DNA from: Octopus bimaculoides | Lineage: Eukaryota | Direction of reading: 5' to 3' | Length of the DNA stretch: 64,000 bases | Assembly (NCBI RefSeq): GCF_001194135.2 | Contig: NC_069002.1 | Coordinates: 3,058,384 to 3,122,383 of the forward strand | Part shown: positions 51,571 through 63,906 of the stretch, in pieces | How positions within the stretch are numbered: position 1 is the first letter of the stretch | Layout of the letters: every line of letters starts with the position of its first letter | Program-made: the position numbers and the translations under genes | The notes under the pieces: generated by a model | Database searches by the model: none | Told to the model about the DNA's origin: nothing | Seen by the model: the letters and a program-made list of their open reading frames with translations, nothing else

Positions 51571-52364
51571 GGTTTCACAAAGCTAGAAGAAAATAAAACT
51601 TTAGGATTGTTTTTGATGTTATTTAACACTGGCTCAACTCTATTTGAGCAGATCTACAGACCTTATCAGAGAATTATGACCGTCGTTATACTTACTGAAG
51701 TAGTAGTATGAAAGTTACAAAGTAAATATGCCATACTTCAGTAGAAGGGTGCTTTTATGGGTTCTAATGCCTTCAAAAGTAGCACTGACGAAGCTTTGAT
51801 TAAATGCAGGCATTAACATTTTTTTTCTATATTAGGATTTAATTAAAATCAAATGGGCTCCAAAGATATTGTTGGTCTGCATTGGCAAGACAAATATTAT
51901 GTGTTTATTAAAGCAAATAAAGAAAACTGTAAACTTGCTGTGGGGAGTGGAAACTTTAACGTTTCGGACAGGATTTTTCTTCGGACAGGGAAAAGTTAAC
52001 CGGGGAGAAATTAAAAAGAAGAAATACTGTTTTACATAGTCTAAGTTTAAAAAAAAAATTGGCTCGAACTGACAGTAATTGCAGACTGTGCAAACAAGCG
52101 AGACAATTCTGAACGGTTTGATTATCATAGCAGTCATCAGTGAAGTAACAGCCTTCGCCGTTACTTGCTGCCTCTACTTAGCTAGCTCACAATATAGAAA
52201 TATTAGTATAATATTGTACACAAGTAAGCGCGAAAAAGAAGCATATTATTTTTAAGAAATATTCGCTGAAATTGATATCTTTTTGCATTGAAATTGTTAA
52301 CAGTTCATTCCTCTATATTTCATTTCATTCATTTGTTTTCTCCTTTTTTCCCCTTATCTTGCAG

Positions 52365-52538
52365 GCATCTCATCGGCAGTTAAGTGACGACGCTGAAAGT
52401 AACTGTTGTCACGGCACGCTAGGCTACGCCTGGGATCAACCGCGCATGCCTTGTTCGGCAATGAAGTGTTGTAATCAGAGTGAAACTGTAGCTGTGATAC
52501 CAGTGGATTACGCTTTAGGGTTCTGTTTCCGATGTATG
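52365..52538 (+). CDS. Probable internal coding exon (phase 0-0) of an unidentified gene; Cys-rich 58-aa peptide
   Basis: Long polypyrimidine tract ending CTTGCAG|G, donor ATG|GTGAGT, 174 nt. Only phase 0 is open: ASHRQLSDDAESNCCHGTLGYAWDQPRMPCSAMKCCNQSETVAVIPVDYALGFCFRCM. GC- and CpG-richer than the flanks. No partner exon identified; a non-coding exon is not excluded. Confidence 0.6.
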
Positions 52539-53099
52539 GTGAGTGACATCTTGTTTACATACTTCCATATGTATATATATCACCAGACGTGATATAAATC
52601 AATGTTTGGCATGTTCTCAGTACATGAAACTAATAGTAACACATGAAAACATATATTGTGTTTATTAAATCATATTTATCTCTCACAAAATGGAGTACTT
52701 TTTTGTTGATTTTACCATCACGGAACAGTACACTATATATATAACACATATATATATATAACATATATATATATGAATGTATATATGTGTACACAACTTG
52801 TATGTATATATATATATGTATGTATGTATGTGTATATATATATATGTGTATGTATGTATGTATGTATGTATGTATGTATATATATATATATATGTGTGTA
52901 TGTATGTATATATACATATGTGTGTGTACGTATATACAACTTGTGTCATATGTCACAAAAATTTTAAGACATTTGGATTTAAAAGACATACGGTAGTTCA
53001 CAAAAAACATTCCTTCAGAATCAGATTCCAAAAGGGCAAAGGTATAGAAGAAACTTGAATAATAGCTGTCACCTCACTCTTTTTTTAAAAAAATATTAG

Positions 53100-53312
53100 T
53101 TCCAGATTTTTGTACAAGGTCAGCTGTCTAAGGGGAAGGCGCAAGTCGATTACATCGACCCCAGTACGCAACTGGTACTTATTTTATCGATGCCGGAAGG
53201 ACTAAAGGCAAAGTCGTCCGTAACGGAATTTGAACTCAGAATGAAAAGAGAGATAAAATGCCACCAAGCATTCTGCCTGGCGTGCTATCGGTTCCGTCAG
53301 CTTGCCACCTTC
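53100..53312 (-). mobile_element. SINE family A, full length
   Basis: GTACAAGGTCAGC...AAGTCGATTACATCGACCCCAGTACGCAACTGGTAC...GGAATTTGAACTCAG...CAGCTTGCCACC. Confidence 0.92.
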
Positions 53313-53894
53313 AGCACAGTTTCATAAACGTATATATAAAATACTATCTTGAAAAAAATATCATATATGTAATTTCAATATAATAGTAGCGAACATAAAT
53401 GATGATTAGCTGGTTGGTTGGATGAATGGGTGGTGGGTTAATTTCTCTAATCACGATTTGCATCCTACAGAAAGAGAGAGAGAGGGGGAGAGAGAGTAAA
53501 AGAGATACAAATAGAGTTAACATAAGAGGCGCGAGAAAGTGGGTAGATAGAATCAGAGGAGGAGGAGGCGACAGAGTAGTTATAGGTGGTATTATACAAA
53601 TGAGAAATTTGTATTATTTAATTTTTGAAAATTAATATTCATCTCATCATACCGTATAATCACCAAGAAATTAGATAGAAGTTAAATTATAGTTATTGTT
53701 GATTATAACATACTGCCTGATGTTACTCCGCGTTGGCAAAAGTGTTCTTACGAAGTCATCTGTCGTATGTTGATTAACACTCTAGTTTTCTGATGATAAA
53801 TTCCTTGTTAGCTACAATCACAGCTGCGACAACTAATAACGATGATGGTGGTCTGTCGTAGTCTGAGGAAGACACTTGCGCAATTTCTTACTGA

Positions 53895-54048
53895 GCAACC
53901 TGCACGGTGTACCACTCCTCAGGTGTCCAGCTGATGGCGGTGTGTTGCTCAAGTATGCAACACACCGCCCGCACAATCCAGGAACCGAAACCACGACCTC
54001 GCCAACGTGAATGCAACACCCTAACCTCTAAGTAATGTGCCTTCACAG
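53895..54048 (-). mobile_element. tRNA-derived SINE related to family C (head plus divergent body)
   Basis: Reverse complement GTGAAGGCACATTACTTAGAGGTTAGGGTGTTGC...GGTTTCGGTTCCTGG...CTTGAGCAACACAC. Confidence 0.75.
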
Positions 54049-54116
54049 AGATAATTACAGCAAATAAATAAACCAAACCAAATATATGTCACTTATGTTT
54101 ACAGCATTGATTTATT

Positions 54117-54275
54117 GTAAGGTAGAGCGGCCAACATCTTTAGAACCCCATAAAAAAAAAATCTTGCTTTGCGGTATTTTTTCCGGCTCTTTACGATCAG
54201 AGTTCAGATCCTGTCGCGGTCAACTTTGCCTTTCATCTTTTTGGATTCGATAAATTTAATTACTAGTCAGGTATT
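54117..54275 (+). mobile_element. SINE family A, degenerate
   Basis: GCGGTATTTTTTCCGGCTCTTTACG.TCAGAGTTCAGATCC...GTCAACTTTGCCTTTCATC. Confidence 0.8.
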
Positions 54276-55724
54276 GCGTATTGAGAATTGGGGTTAGTCG
54301 ATACCATCGAACTTGTTCCGAAATTAGAAACAAAATTTATAGCACTGTGTTAAGTTGCCATCCAGCATCAGACAACTATACGGAACTAAAATTACTCTGG
54401 TCTGGTATAATACGTATCTACATAAATAACGGAGACGTTGAATCATAGCGAGGAGAAGGCGTTGAAAAAAAAAAGTTTTAATAAAGGAAAAAGGGCAACA
54501 GTTAAAGAGAGTCTGAGAGGTATTGATCTATTTTTTTCAATTATAGATTCTTTGACGATCGAAATGCCCAATCTTTGATGTGTATCTTCGTTTGTAAACG
54601 GGTTGTGAGGATGATTGATTAACGAGTTCGGTTATTAATCTGCGTGCATGCATGCTACTTATCTTGTTTTTCCTGTTGGCGTTGAAAGCGAATTTTTCAC
54701 TATATTCTTCAATCCTGTCTTTAATAATAACAACGCCACATAGCGGACGGATGGTAGCAATAGCTTTCGATCTTAAAGGAACTCTGATGTTATTTCTTCT
54801 TCAACTAGAAGAAAATTTGCAACACTTCTTTAATTCCTCCAGCCAGGCGCTGCCTTTAGTTTGGGTGATTGTAGCCCCTACCCTGCTAAGAAATTGTTTG
54901 AGCACATATGCGTCACTTGCGTGAAATAACACAGGAACACGCATACACCACATATGTAGGTGCATACACGCACATACCACATACATGTGTATACACACGC
55001 ATGCGCGAGCAAGCACTCAGACACATTATTGCATTTAACAGTCATTGCATTTCTAAAGGAATATCAAGGATTATCTTTTTCTTCTTTTTTATGTTTACGT
55101 TATATCTTTAAAAATGTCGTGATGCCATGTAACAATTTTCAGTCTTGGAACTCATTTACTGTTCGTTCGACCTCGGCGTTTTTGATAGCCAACTCTTGTT
55201 TCGCTGGACCATTTTTCTTATGATTTGACCGCTGGAGTTTAAGGATCAAGTCTGGTTTCCGGTTTGAGCACTGATATGCTTATCTATTCTGTTGGATGAG
55301 AAGATGCATTTAGTGGCATCGTCATAACAGTTGTATACACACATATACACATACACATACGCACAAACAAACACACACACTCGTATGATGACACACTGAT
55401 AATATACAGATCGATTGATTGACTGAGGGCGAGAGAAATGGACAGGCACATAAGTATAAGTACGTACATATACATATGTATTACTAAACACACATGCAGA
55501 TAGAGACACGAGAGACAGACGCATACATACACTCGCTGTGCCTCTACTTAAGACAGCCTCTGTCTCTCGGAACTCCGTGGTGAGTGGTATTCTTTGATTG
55601 TATATTTCTTGTGATTCCTGACTTGTGTACAATAATGAGAACACGCACACTTAGACACACAGACACAGTGAGAGGCAATGTTGTGTTATGTAACTGCTAA
55701 TGAATAAGAAATAAATACATGAGG

Positions 55725-55917
55725 AAGAGAGAGTGAGGGTGGTGGGGAGACAGAGCGCAAAGAAAGAGAGAAAGACGGAGAGATAGAAAGAAAGAAGGAA
55801 AGATAGAGAGAAAGAAAGAGACAGTCAGGCAGACAGACTGACAAACAGATAGATAAGTAAATAGAGAGGAGGAGAAAGACAGACAACAGACAAGCAAGCA
55901 GACAGACTGAAAGAGAG

Positions 55918-55954
<37 letters not shown>

Positions 55955-56548
55955 GTGAAGGAGAATAGCGAAGGAAAATAGGAAGAAGAGACAAGAAAAA
56001 AGAGGAAAAACTGGGAGGAAGGAAAGTGAGTAAAGATTGAGATGAATTTAGGAGTGGTATGGGTGGTGGATGTGGTGGTGGTGGTGGTTGTCGAGGAGGG
56101 AGGGAGAGGAGGGGATGTTGAGGGAAGGATAAGAGGATTGAAGAGGAGGAGAATGAGGAGAGATGGGGAGGAAGGGGAGAGGAATTAGGGAGGAGGAAAA
56201 GGAGAAGAGGGGGCAGAAGGGAAGGATGAAGAAGGAGAGAAAGGAGAGAGAGAGGGAGAGGAAGAAGTGGAGGAAGGAAGAAAGGAAGGATGAAGTGGGA
56301 GAGAAGGAAGAGGAGGAAGGAAAAAGAAGAGGTGATTGCTTTTGATGATGATGATGATAATGGGGACGATGATAATGATGATAATCAGGAGGAGGAGGAG
56401 GAGGGTATGATAACGATGATGATGATGAAGGTGGTGGTGGTTAGTGGTGGTGGTCATACTAGTGGTGTTAGTGTTGGCGGTGGTGGTGGCGGTGGTAGTG
56501 ATGGTGGTGGCGGCGATGGTGTTGGTGACGGTGGCGGTGGTGGTGGTG
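55725..56548. repeat. Purine-rich (GA/GGA), then (GAT)n/(GGT)n low-complexity block
   Basis: Direct reading; source of the E/K/D/G-rich pseudo-ORFs. Confidence 0.92.
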
Positions 56549-57046
56549 NNNNNNNNNNNNNNNNNNNNNNNNNNNNNNNNNNNNNNNNNNNNNNNNNNNN
56601 NNNNNNNNNNNNNNNNNNNNNNNNNNNNNNNNNNNNNNNNNNNNNNNNNNNNNNNNNNNNNNNNNNNNNNNNNNNNNNNNNNNNNNNNNNNNNNNNNNNN
56701 NNNNNNNNNNNNNNNNNNNNNNNNNNNNNNNNNNNNNNNNNNNNNNNNNNNNNNNNNNNNNNNNNNNNNNNNNNNNNNNNNNNNNNNNNNNNNNNNNNNN
56801 NNNNNNNNNNNNNNNNNNNNNNNNNNNNNNNNNNNNNNNNNNNNNNNNNNNNNNNNNNNNNGTGGTGGTGGTGGTGGTGTGTAGGTGTTCCAATTACTGA
56901 TTTATTCCAACATCAAAGTAAAACAGTGAAAAAGTTAACAGTGAGAAGCAATTGCCGTCAATAGTTGCAGACTAATGGAGAATTTTCACAGCAATGACTC
57001 AAGCTGGAGTTCGTCTTCATTACTTTCAGACCCTGTCTGTGTGTGT

Positions 57047-57090
<44 letters not shown>

Positions 57091-57578
57091 GTCTGTGTAT
57101 GTATATGTATATGCGTGTGTGTGTTTATATATATATATACATATGCATGTATATAACTATATGCATGTATGCCTATATATAATTATATGCATGTATGAAT
57201 GTATGTATACATGTGTGTGTGTGTGTAATAAATGGACATGTACATACACAATATAATTTTACTTCATCTCTCTCTCTCTGTATACGTATATGTGTAGGAC
57301 ACATATATATATTTATATATATACGTATATNNNNNNNNNNNNNNNNNNNNNNNNNNNNNNNNNNNNNNNNNNNNNNNNNNNNNNNNNNNNNNNNNNNNNN
57401 NNNNNNNNNNNNNNNNNNNNNNNNNNNNNNNNNNNNNNNNNNNNNNNNNNNNNNNNNNNNNNNNNNNNNNNNNNNNNNNNNNNNNNNNNNNNNNNNNNNN
57501 NNNNNNATACATTTATATATATACATATATATATACATACATATATATGCACATATATATATGTATATATATGTGTGC

Positions 57579-57624
<46 letters not shown>

Positions 57625-58147
57625 ATGTCTATAAACACACACACATGGTTACACATTTATTGTGCAATCTTCTGTGCGTGTGCGTGTGTGCGTGCGAGCA
57701 TGTATATGATAGCTGCATGTAGCAGTGTCTTTATTGTCGGATTCTGTGTGCCTGCACTTCTCCATAAAAACGTATCGGCGTATCTGTCTGTCTGTCTGCC
57801 TGTGCACGAATATGTATAATTCTATTCGTTTTTATTAGTTGGCTCTGGCTAAATGAATGACTGTATGTATTGACGTGTGCGTTTCTCTTTTTTTTAATAC
57901 TTTGTCTTGGTTTTCATTTTGCCTCCATGTGTTTGCGTGTATGTATGTGTGACCATATTTCGTCCTTAATACTCAGTTCTCTGGAAGAGTTAATTGTTAT
58001 GACGTTTCCTAGAGCGTTGCAGTTCTTTGGTAGAGAGTGTAGAATAGAAAGACAGCAGGAAAGACGAGGAAAAACTGGGAAAGCAGACGAGAATAAGCAT
58101 CCACGTGGTTTGCTTATTTCTCTGGGATTACACAGATGACGTAGGTA

Positions 58148-58181
58148 CCTCTGATGAGTAACATTCGAAAATCGATAAAGG
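58148..58181 (+). ncRNA. Decayed minimal hammerhead motif (one substitution from canonical)
   Basis: CCT CTGATGA G-TAACATT-C GAAA ATCGAT A A AGG; T at 58177 would give palindromic stem III AATCGATT, H17=A and stem I CCT/AGG. Confidence 0.4.
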
Positions 58182-58444
58182 CAGTTTATCATTTCTTTCA
58201 ATTTACGGAGAAATAGTTTAAATTTGTCGTGTTTATAAGCTTATTTATATAAGTTGGCAAATATGCTACTTGAACTGAGGTCTCCACTGGCATGGCGTTG
58301 ATATTAAATAAAGCGTTAAACACATATGTTATGCAAATGTGTAACAAAATGAACTGGTGTAACAACACCAGTTCTCAGTGGCTGATGAACTGGCTGAATA
58401 TACGTATTAACAGTTTGGTCAATTGATGCGGACAACGATGAGTG

Positions 58445-58590
58445 GATGTTTGATAAGTAACTTGCTTACCAACCACACGGTTCTGGGTTCAATCCCACTG
58501 CGAGCCAACTCAATTCATTCGACTAAAAATAATCCTTCAAGGCGGTGCTCCAGCATGGCTGCAGGCTAATGACTGAAACAAGTAAAACAT
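58445..58590 (+). mobile_element. SINE family B, head joined to tail (large internal deletion)
   Basis: CTTGCTTACCAACCACACGGTTCTGGGTTCAATCCCACTGCG directly followed by CATTCGACTAAAAA...GGCGGTGCTCCAGCATGGCTGCAG. Confidence 0.88.
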
Positions 58591-59365
58591 AATAGACAGA
58601 CAGACAGACAGACAGACAGATAGACAGACAGATAGATAGATAGAAACAAACAGACAGACAGACTGAAAGAGGGCGAGATGCGTGTATAGGAAATAGACAC
58701 TGGTGTATTGGACAATGTGCATCCTAATCCGTCTAAATAGAGTAATATCCTCTGGGCGTGCTCTGTAACTAATCTACTTCATCAACAGCAGATCTAATAA
58801 ACCGTTTGAGGTTGTCTATATACTGCATGAATAGTTGTTACTGTATGGAATAAACCGGAAATATTAGATACATGTTCACAAACGATTTACGAAACGAAAT
58901 TTATTGCTAAATAACTCCAAGTAGGACAAATCAATAAAGAACATGTTCATTTTTAGCAAGCCGTCTCCCTAATTCGTTTTGCACGGTAGAATATTTCTCA
59001 GTAACACTGCGAATCATAGCATATTCTCCTTTCTAGTAAGTTCTTTATTGAGGTGAACTCGTTGTAGCCCTCTGGTAATTCGGCAATTCTCTTGGCATCG
59101 TAAATCTTTTGTAAGCATATATTCGGTATTTCCTGCTTTTTCCATGCAGTATGAATTATTTGGGTTGTACATGTATATAAATAGCCTCTTACGGATTATT
59201 AAATCGTTAAATAGGTTTACACTGATGAAGGCTTAACTGAACACTGGAATGCAATCAACTGGCAGAAGCAACATGGTTTCCGTATACTTTACATATATTA
59301 CAGACATTCAGTTTCTATGAATCTAAAGTGTGTTTTTTTCTTTTTAGTATTGCTCAAATTTAGTC

Positions 59366-59506
<141 letters not shown>

Positions 59507-59582
59507 ACTCCTCTTCCTTTTAATTTTCTGTCGTTCTACTCTGTGTAAGCTTGATCTATTAATATAAATATCTATGTATTTA

Positions 59583-59980
59583 TATTCTTTTACTTGTCGT
59601 ACTCATTTGACTGCGGCCATGCAGGAGCACCGCATTTAGTCGAGCAAATCGACCCCAGAGCTTATTCTTTGTAAGCCTAGTACTAACTCTATCGGTCTCT
59701 TATGTCGAACCACTAAGTTATGGGGACGTAAACACACAAACATCGGTTGTCAAGCGATGGTGGGGGAGACAGACACACACACAAATATATACACACACAC
59801 ACATATATTTATACATACGATGGGCTTCTTTCAGTTTCCGCCGACCAAATACACTCACAAGGTTTTGGTCGGCCCGAGGCTATAGTAGAAGACACTTGCC
59901 CAAGGTGCCACGCAGTAGGACTGAACCCGGAACCATGTGGTTGGTAAGCAAGCTTCTTACCACACAACACAACCTGCGCC
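59583..59980 (-). mobile_element. SINE family B, full length
   Basis: All segments present in reverse: TTTGACTGCGGCCATG, TTATTCTTTGTAAGCCTAG, GGTTGTCAAGCGATGG, CTTCTTTCAGTTTCC, GGACTGAACCCGGAACCATGTGG, GCTTCTTACCACAC...CCTGCGCC. Confidence 0.95.
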
Positions 59981-60420
59981 TAAATATCTAAATACTCATT
60001 GTATGAAAGTCTTCAGTCTTTGTATGTATACATGTATACATACCTTGTATATCAAGCCCAAGCTCTTATATTTGATTTATCAGCATGCAAAGAAGTATTT
60101 TCTTTGGCCACGTACATCTGCCATGTAGAGCTTTTCTCGGCTAACTCTCTCTAGTACCATGTCTTACTGTTTCTAGCAATCCTAGTCAAAGAAATAATGG
60201 CTGTCTTGTTTATGTAGTTCAAGATAACAATTTTAGCTCTTCAAAAATGACTTGTTTTGCGGTACGTCGTCGTCGTTGTCGTTGTTGTTGTTGTTGTTGT
60301 TGTTAACGTAAACAGTAACATACAAATTGATAAAATTGACGGCACTTTTTTAATGTTAAAGTATTATTTTTCGTAATATGCTTGTCTGGATTTTTTTTTT
60401 TTTTTTTTTNNNNNNNNNNA

Positions 60421-60633
60421 TTGTATCCAGAAATGTGTTTTAATTCTCTTTAGTATGCGGCAAATGTCCCACGAGTCCGAGAGAAGTTTCATTTTGAAAA
60501 TTGTTTTAAAAAGTAATATTTTTTTTTCTTTTTCCTGACCGGGGTAAAAAAAATCCCAAATCCCCGGAGCGACAGTGAAGACACATCTGCTAATAATAAC
60601 AACAACAACAACAACAACAACAACAAAAACAAC

Positions 60634-60684
<51 letters not shown>

Positions 60685-60690
60685 CGTCGG
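60421..60690 (+). mobile_element. Possible extreme 3' end of another R4/Dong-like element plus (AAC)n(AAT)n tail
   Basis: CIQKCVL at 60422-60442 (compare LQKIVL and LQKIAL in the other copies), CCGGGG/CCCCGG stem at 60539-60567, then the repeat tail; starts at a gap. Confidence 0.3.
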
Positions 60691-61093
60691 TATCTTAATT
60701 TCTTTATTACATAATTGTTTTTAATCTGTGATTTATATTGCATTTCCAGCAAGCTATTGGGAAATGTGATAGTATGTTGGATAAAAATCTTCATTAGCAA
60801 GCCAATAATATTATATGAGATTAAAGATATCACACCTCTCTGCTTCAATATCATTTTTATTACGCTTTTTATTTTATTTATTAATTTATTGTTCCTTTTG
60901 CTTTTTTCTGTTTTCTCTTTTTTCTGGTTTTTTATTCTTTTTCCTGTCTTTTTTCTTTTTTTTTCTGTTTCTTTCTTTTATTTCCTTGTCTTAGGAGTGC
61001 TATGTTTTGTTTGATTTATTTTATTTTTTTCTTTTGCATATTCTCTTTCGCTTTGTATTTTACTTTCATTTTCACCATTTCTTAGTAACAACC

Positions 61094-61144
<51 letters not shown>

Positions 61145-61243
61145 CCCAAGAAGAAAAACTAGAGACTTGCATCATTGAAAATCAACATTTCTGAATTATT
61201 CTTTCACTTCCAATAGAGAACAATGACATTTTAGTTCGCTGAA

Positions 61244-61292
<49 letters not shown>

Positions 61293-61626
61293 TTGTCGCT
61301 ATTATAACAACTATTTTCATTATTGTTGTTGTTGTTGTTACTAATGTCATTATTGTTGTTGTTGCTGTTTTTGTTGTAAATATTGTTAAATGTTGCTGCT
61401 ACTGCTACTGCTGCTGCTGTTGCTGCTGCTGCTGTTGATGCCACTATTATTATTGTTGCTGTGTCTATGGCTGTCGTCGCCATTTAAATCATCATCATCC
61501 TTATCATCATCATCATCATCAGCGTCATTTGTCTGTAAATATACAATCCTATGCAAATTATATTAATTTCTAAATTCACAACAATAATAACAATAATAAT
61601 AACAATAGTGGAAGGAGAAAAGGAAC

Positions 61627-61660
<34 letters not shown>

Positions 61661-61686
61661 ATATGATAATCACTATATTAAATGTC

Positions 61687-61740
<54 letters not shown>

Positions 61741-61744
61741 TATA

Positions 61745-62100
61745 ATAGAAAAGCTTTCTCTCTATAAAGATCTGCAAATTGAATTCACAAAAATGTGGAA
61801 GCTTAGTACTACGACAATACCAGTAATAATTGGTGGGTTGGAATGATAAAGAAGGTAGCTGAGAAGTATATTAAGCAACTCCCTGGAAACTCCAATCTCC
61901 GTGAACTACAAAAGATAGCCTTGATGGGTACAGTCTATATAGTATAGGCCGTATTATAAACCCCTCTCCATCTAACATGGAATAAATGTGGTGATAATTT
62001 TAGCATGCATAGCAAAATAAAGTGGCCTTGCTACTCTTGGCCTCCGGCAGATGCCCGGTGCTAAGGCAGCTGAAATAAAGTTATAATGAAACGAAACCAT
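61745..62100 (+). mobile_element. R4/Dong-type non-LTR retrotransposon, 5'-truncated 3' end inserted in (TAA)n
   Basis: IEKLSLYKDLQIEFTKMWKLSTTTIPVIIGGL / (1-nt deletion) MIKKVAEKYIKQLPGNSNLRELQKIALMGTVYIV*; about 125-nt 3' UTR; bounded by (AAT)n at 61687-61740 and 62102-62181. Confidence 0.88.
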
Positions 62101-62101
62101 A

Positions 62102-62183
<82 letters not shown>

Positions 62184-62298
62184 TCTATCTATCTTACTGT
62201 CTGTCTGCCTATCTGTCTGTCTGTCTATTTATCTATTTGACTATCTGTCTGCCTATCTGTCTGTCTATCTGTCTGTCTGTCTATCAATCTATCGAGCG

Positions 62299-62312
62299 CC
62301 GGTAGGTGGCAG
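62299..62312 (+). promoter_or_regulatory. CTCF-like motif
   Basis: CCGGTAGGTGGCAG fits CCRSYAGRKGGCRS. Confidence 0.3.
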
Positions 62313-62384
62313 ATGGCCAGCAGCACTTACGAAGAATCTATGTTGTGTATTATGTATTGTAGTATACCAGTGTGTATAAAATTT

Positions 62385-62490
<106 letters not shown>

Positions 62491-62794
62491 CAAACATTGA
62501 ATGGCGCTACATGAAATATTTTTGCTCCAGAGAGACCAGTATTTTAATCTAAAGCTATTTCAAGCGCATATATTAATTTATGAGTTATAGTATTTGGTAG
62601 TAGTAATGTAGAATATATGCAGATTATATTGATTGTGTGAAGAATATATTATGTTATTTACGTTACTGAAATGATGATAGTAGCTAGTATGAAACGTATA
62701 CCTGACTAACAGCATTTATTTTTTGCTATTTTGTGTAGTAATGAACCTTATGATATTTAAGCGTTTTCATATTTTTTATCATTCCCGTTGCATC

Positions 62795-62846
<52 letters not shown>

Positions 62847-63329
62847 GTTTCTATACTTTTCACCCTCTCTCCCATTTTGGAGTAACTTTGACAAACTTGT
62901 CTATTCCAATACATGCTTTCATGTCACTAAATGTCATTATCGTAAAAGTCCTTGACAATGCGCCGCATAGGGCTGTCATCCGTACTTCTATATTTTCCTG
63001 CAAACAGGGCTAGGCTGCTTATCTGAGAAATAAAAGCATTTTGCCGATGGACCTAAAAGGGTGTCAAAAGAGGGATGAAAGAACACACACATACACACAC
63101 ATATTATATACGTTGGATATTTAATATTATATTATATGCATTTTATATATATNNNNNNNNNNNNNNNNNNNNNNNNNNNNNNNNNNNNNNNNNNNNNNNN
63201 NNNNNNNNNNNNNNNNNNNNNNNNNNNNNNNNNNNNNNNNNNNNNNNNNNNNNNNNNNNNNNNNNNNNNNNNNNNNNNNNNNNNNNNNNNNNNNNNNNNN
63301 NNNNNNNNNNNNNNNNNNNNNNNNNNNNN

Positions 63330-63362
<33 letters not shown>

Positions 63363-63654
63363 ATATATGTATATATATATAAGATATATGTATATATTAA
63401 GCATATGTATATGTATATTAGATATGGCGGATGTGTGTATGTGCATGTATATATGCATACATACACGCACGTATTGTGTGTGTACGTGTGTGTATGTGTG
63501 TGTGTTATAGTATATATATATTTGTAAAGTGAGCTATTATCGAAGACCTGAGAAAACAAAGAAAGAAAACAATTTGACCATGTAAAGCTTTTGACAACCA
63601 AACTCACTCGTGGATATTGGGAACATGTGCATGAAAAACAAATGGAAGCTTTAA

Positions 63655-63730
63655 GTGATCGCTCGCCCTGCTCGAAATAGCAGCCAAAGCTCTTTCAAAC
63701 CACACACTATGAGATAAAGAAAAGATGGTG
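63655..63730 (+). mobile_element. Repeat family D, 5' part
   Basis: GATCGCTCGCCCTGCTCGAAATAGCAGCCAAAGCTCTTTCAAACCACAC. Confidence 0.65.
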
Positions 63731-63754
63731 TAATCAGAGTCAGAATCATGTCTA

Positions 63755-63906
63755 GGCTCCCTGGTAAGAAACTTACTTCCAAGCCTCATGGTTCAGGGTT
63801 CAGTCCCATTGTGTGGTACCTTTGGTAAGCGTCTTCTACTATAGCCTAGGCTGACAAAAGCCTTGTCAGTGGATTTTGTGGACAGAAACTGAAAGAAGAC
63901 CATCGT
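63755..63906 (+). mobile_element. SINE family B, 5' half
   Basis: GGTAAGAAACTTACTTCC...GGTTCAGGGTTCAGTCCCATTG...GTCTTCTACTATAGCC...GAAACTGAAAGAAG. Confidence 0.9.

Noticed and set aside
57977-58140. Possible plus-strand exon SLEELIVMTFPR...
   Set aside because: Weak acceptor, stop immediately before the donor, purine-rich low complexity.
58990-59195. Open minus frame ...KIYDAKRIAELPEGY... (faintly mariner C-terminus-like)
   Set aside because: No start, no splice signals, no terminal inverted repeat; similarity limited to LPE.
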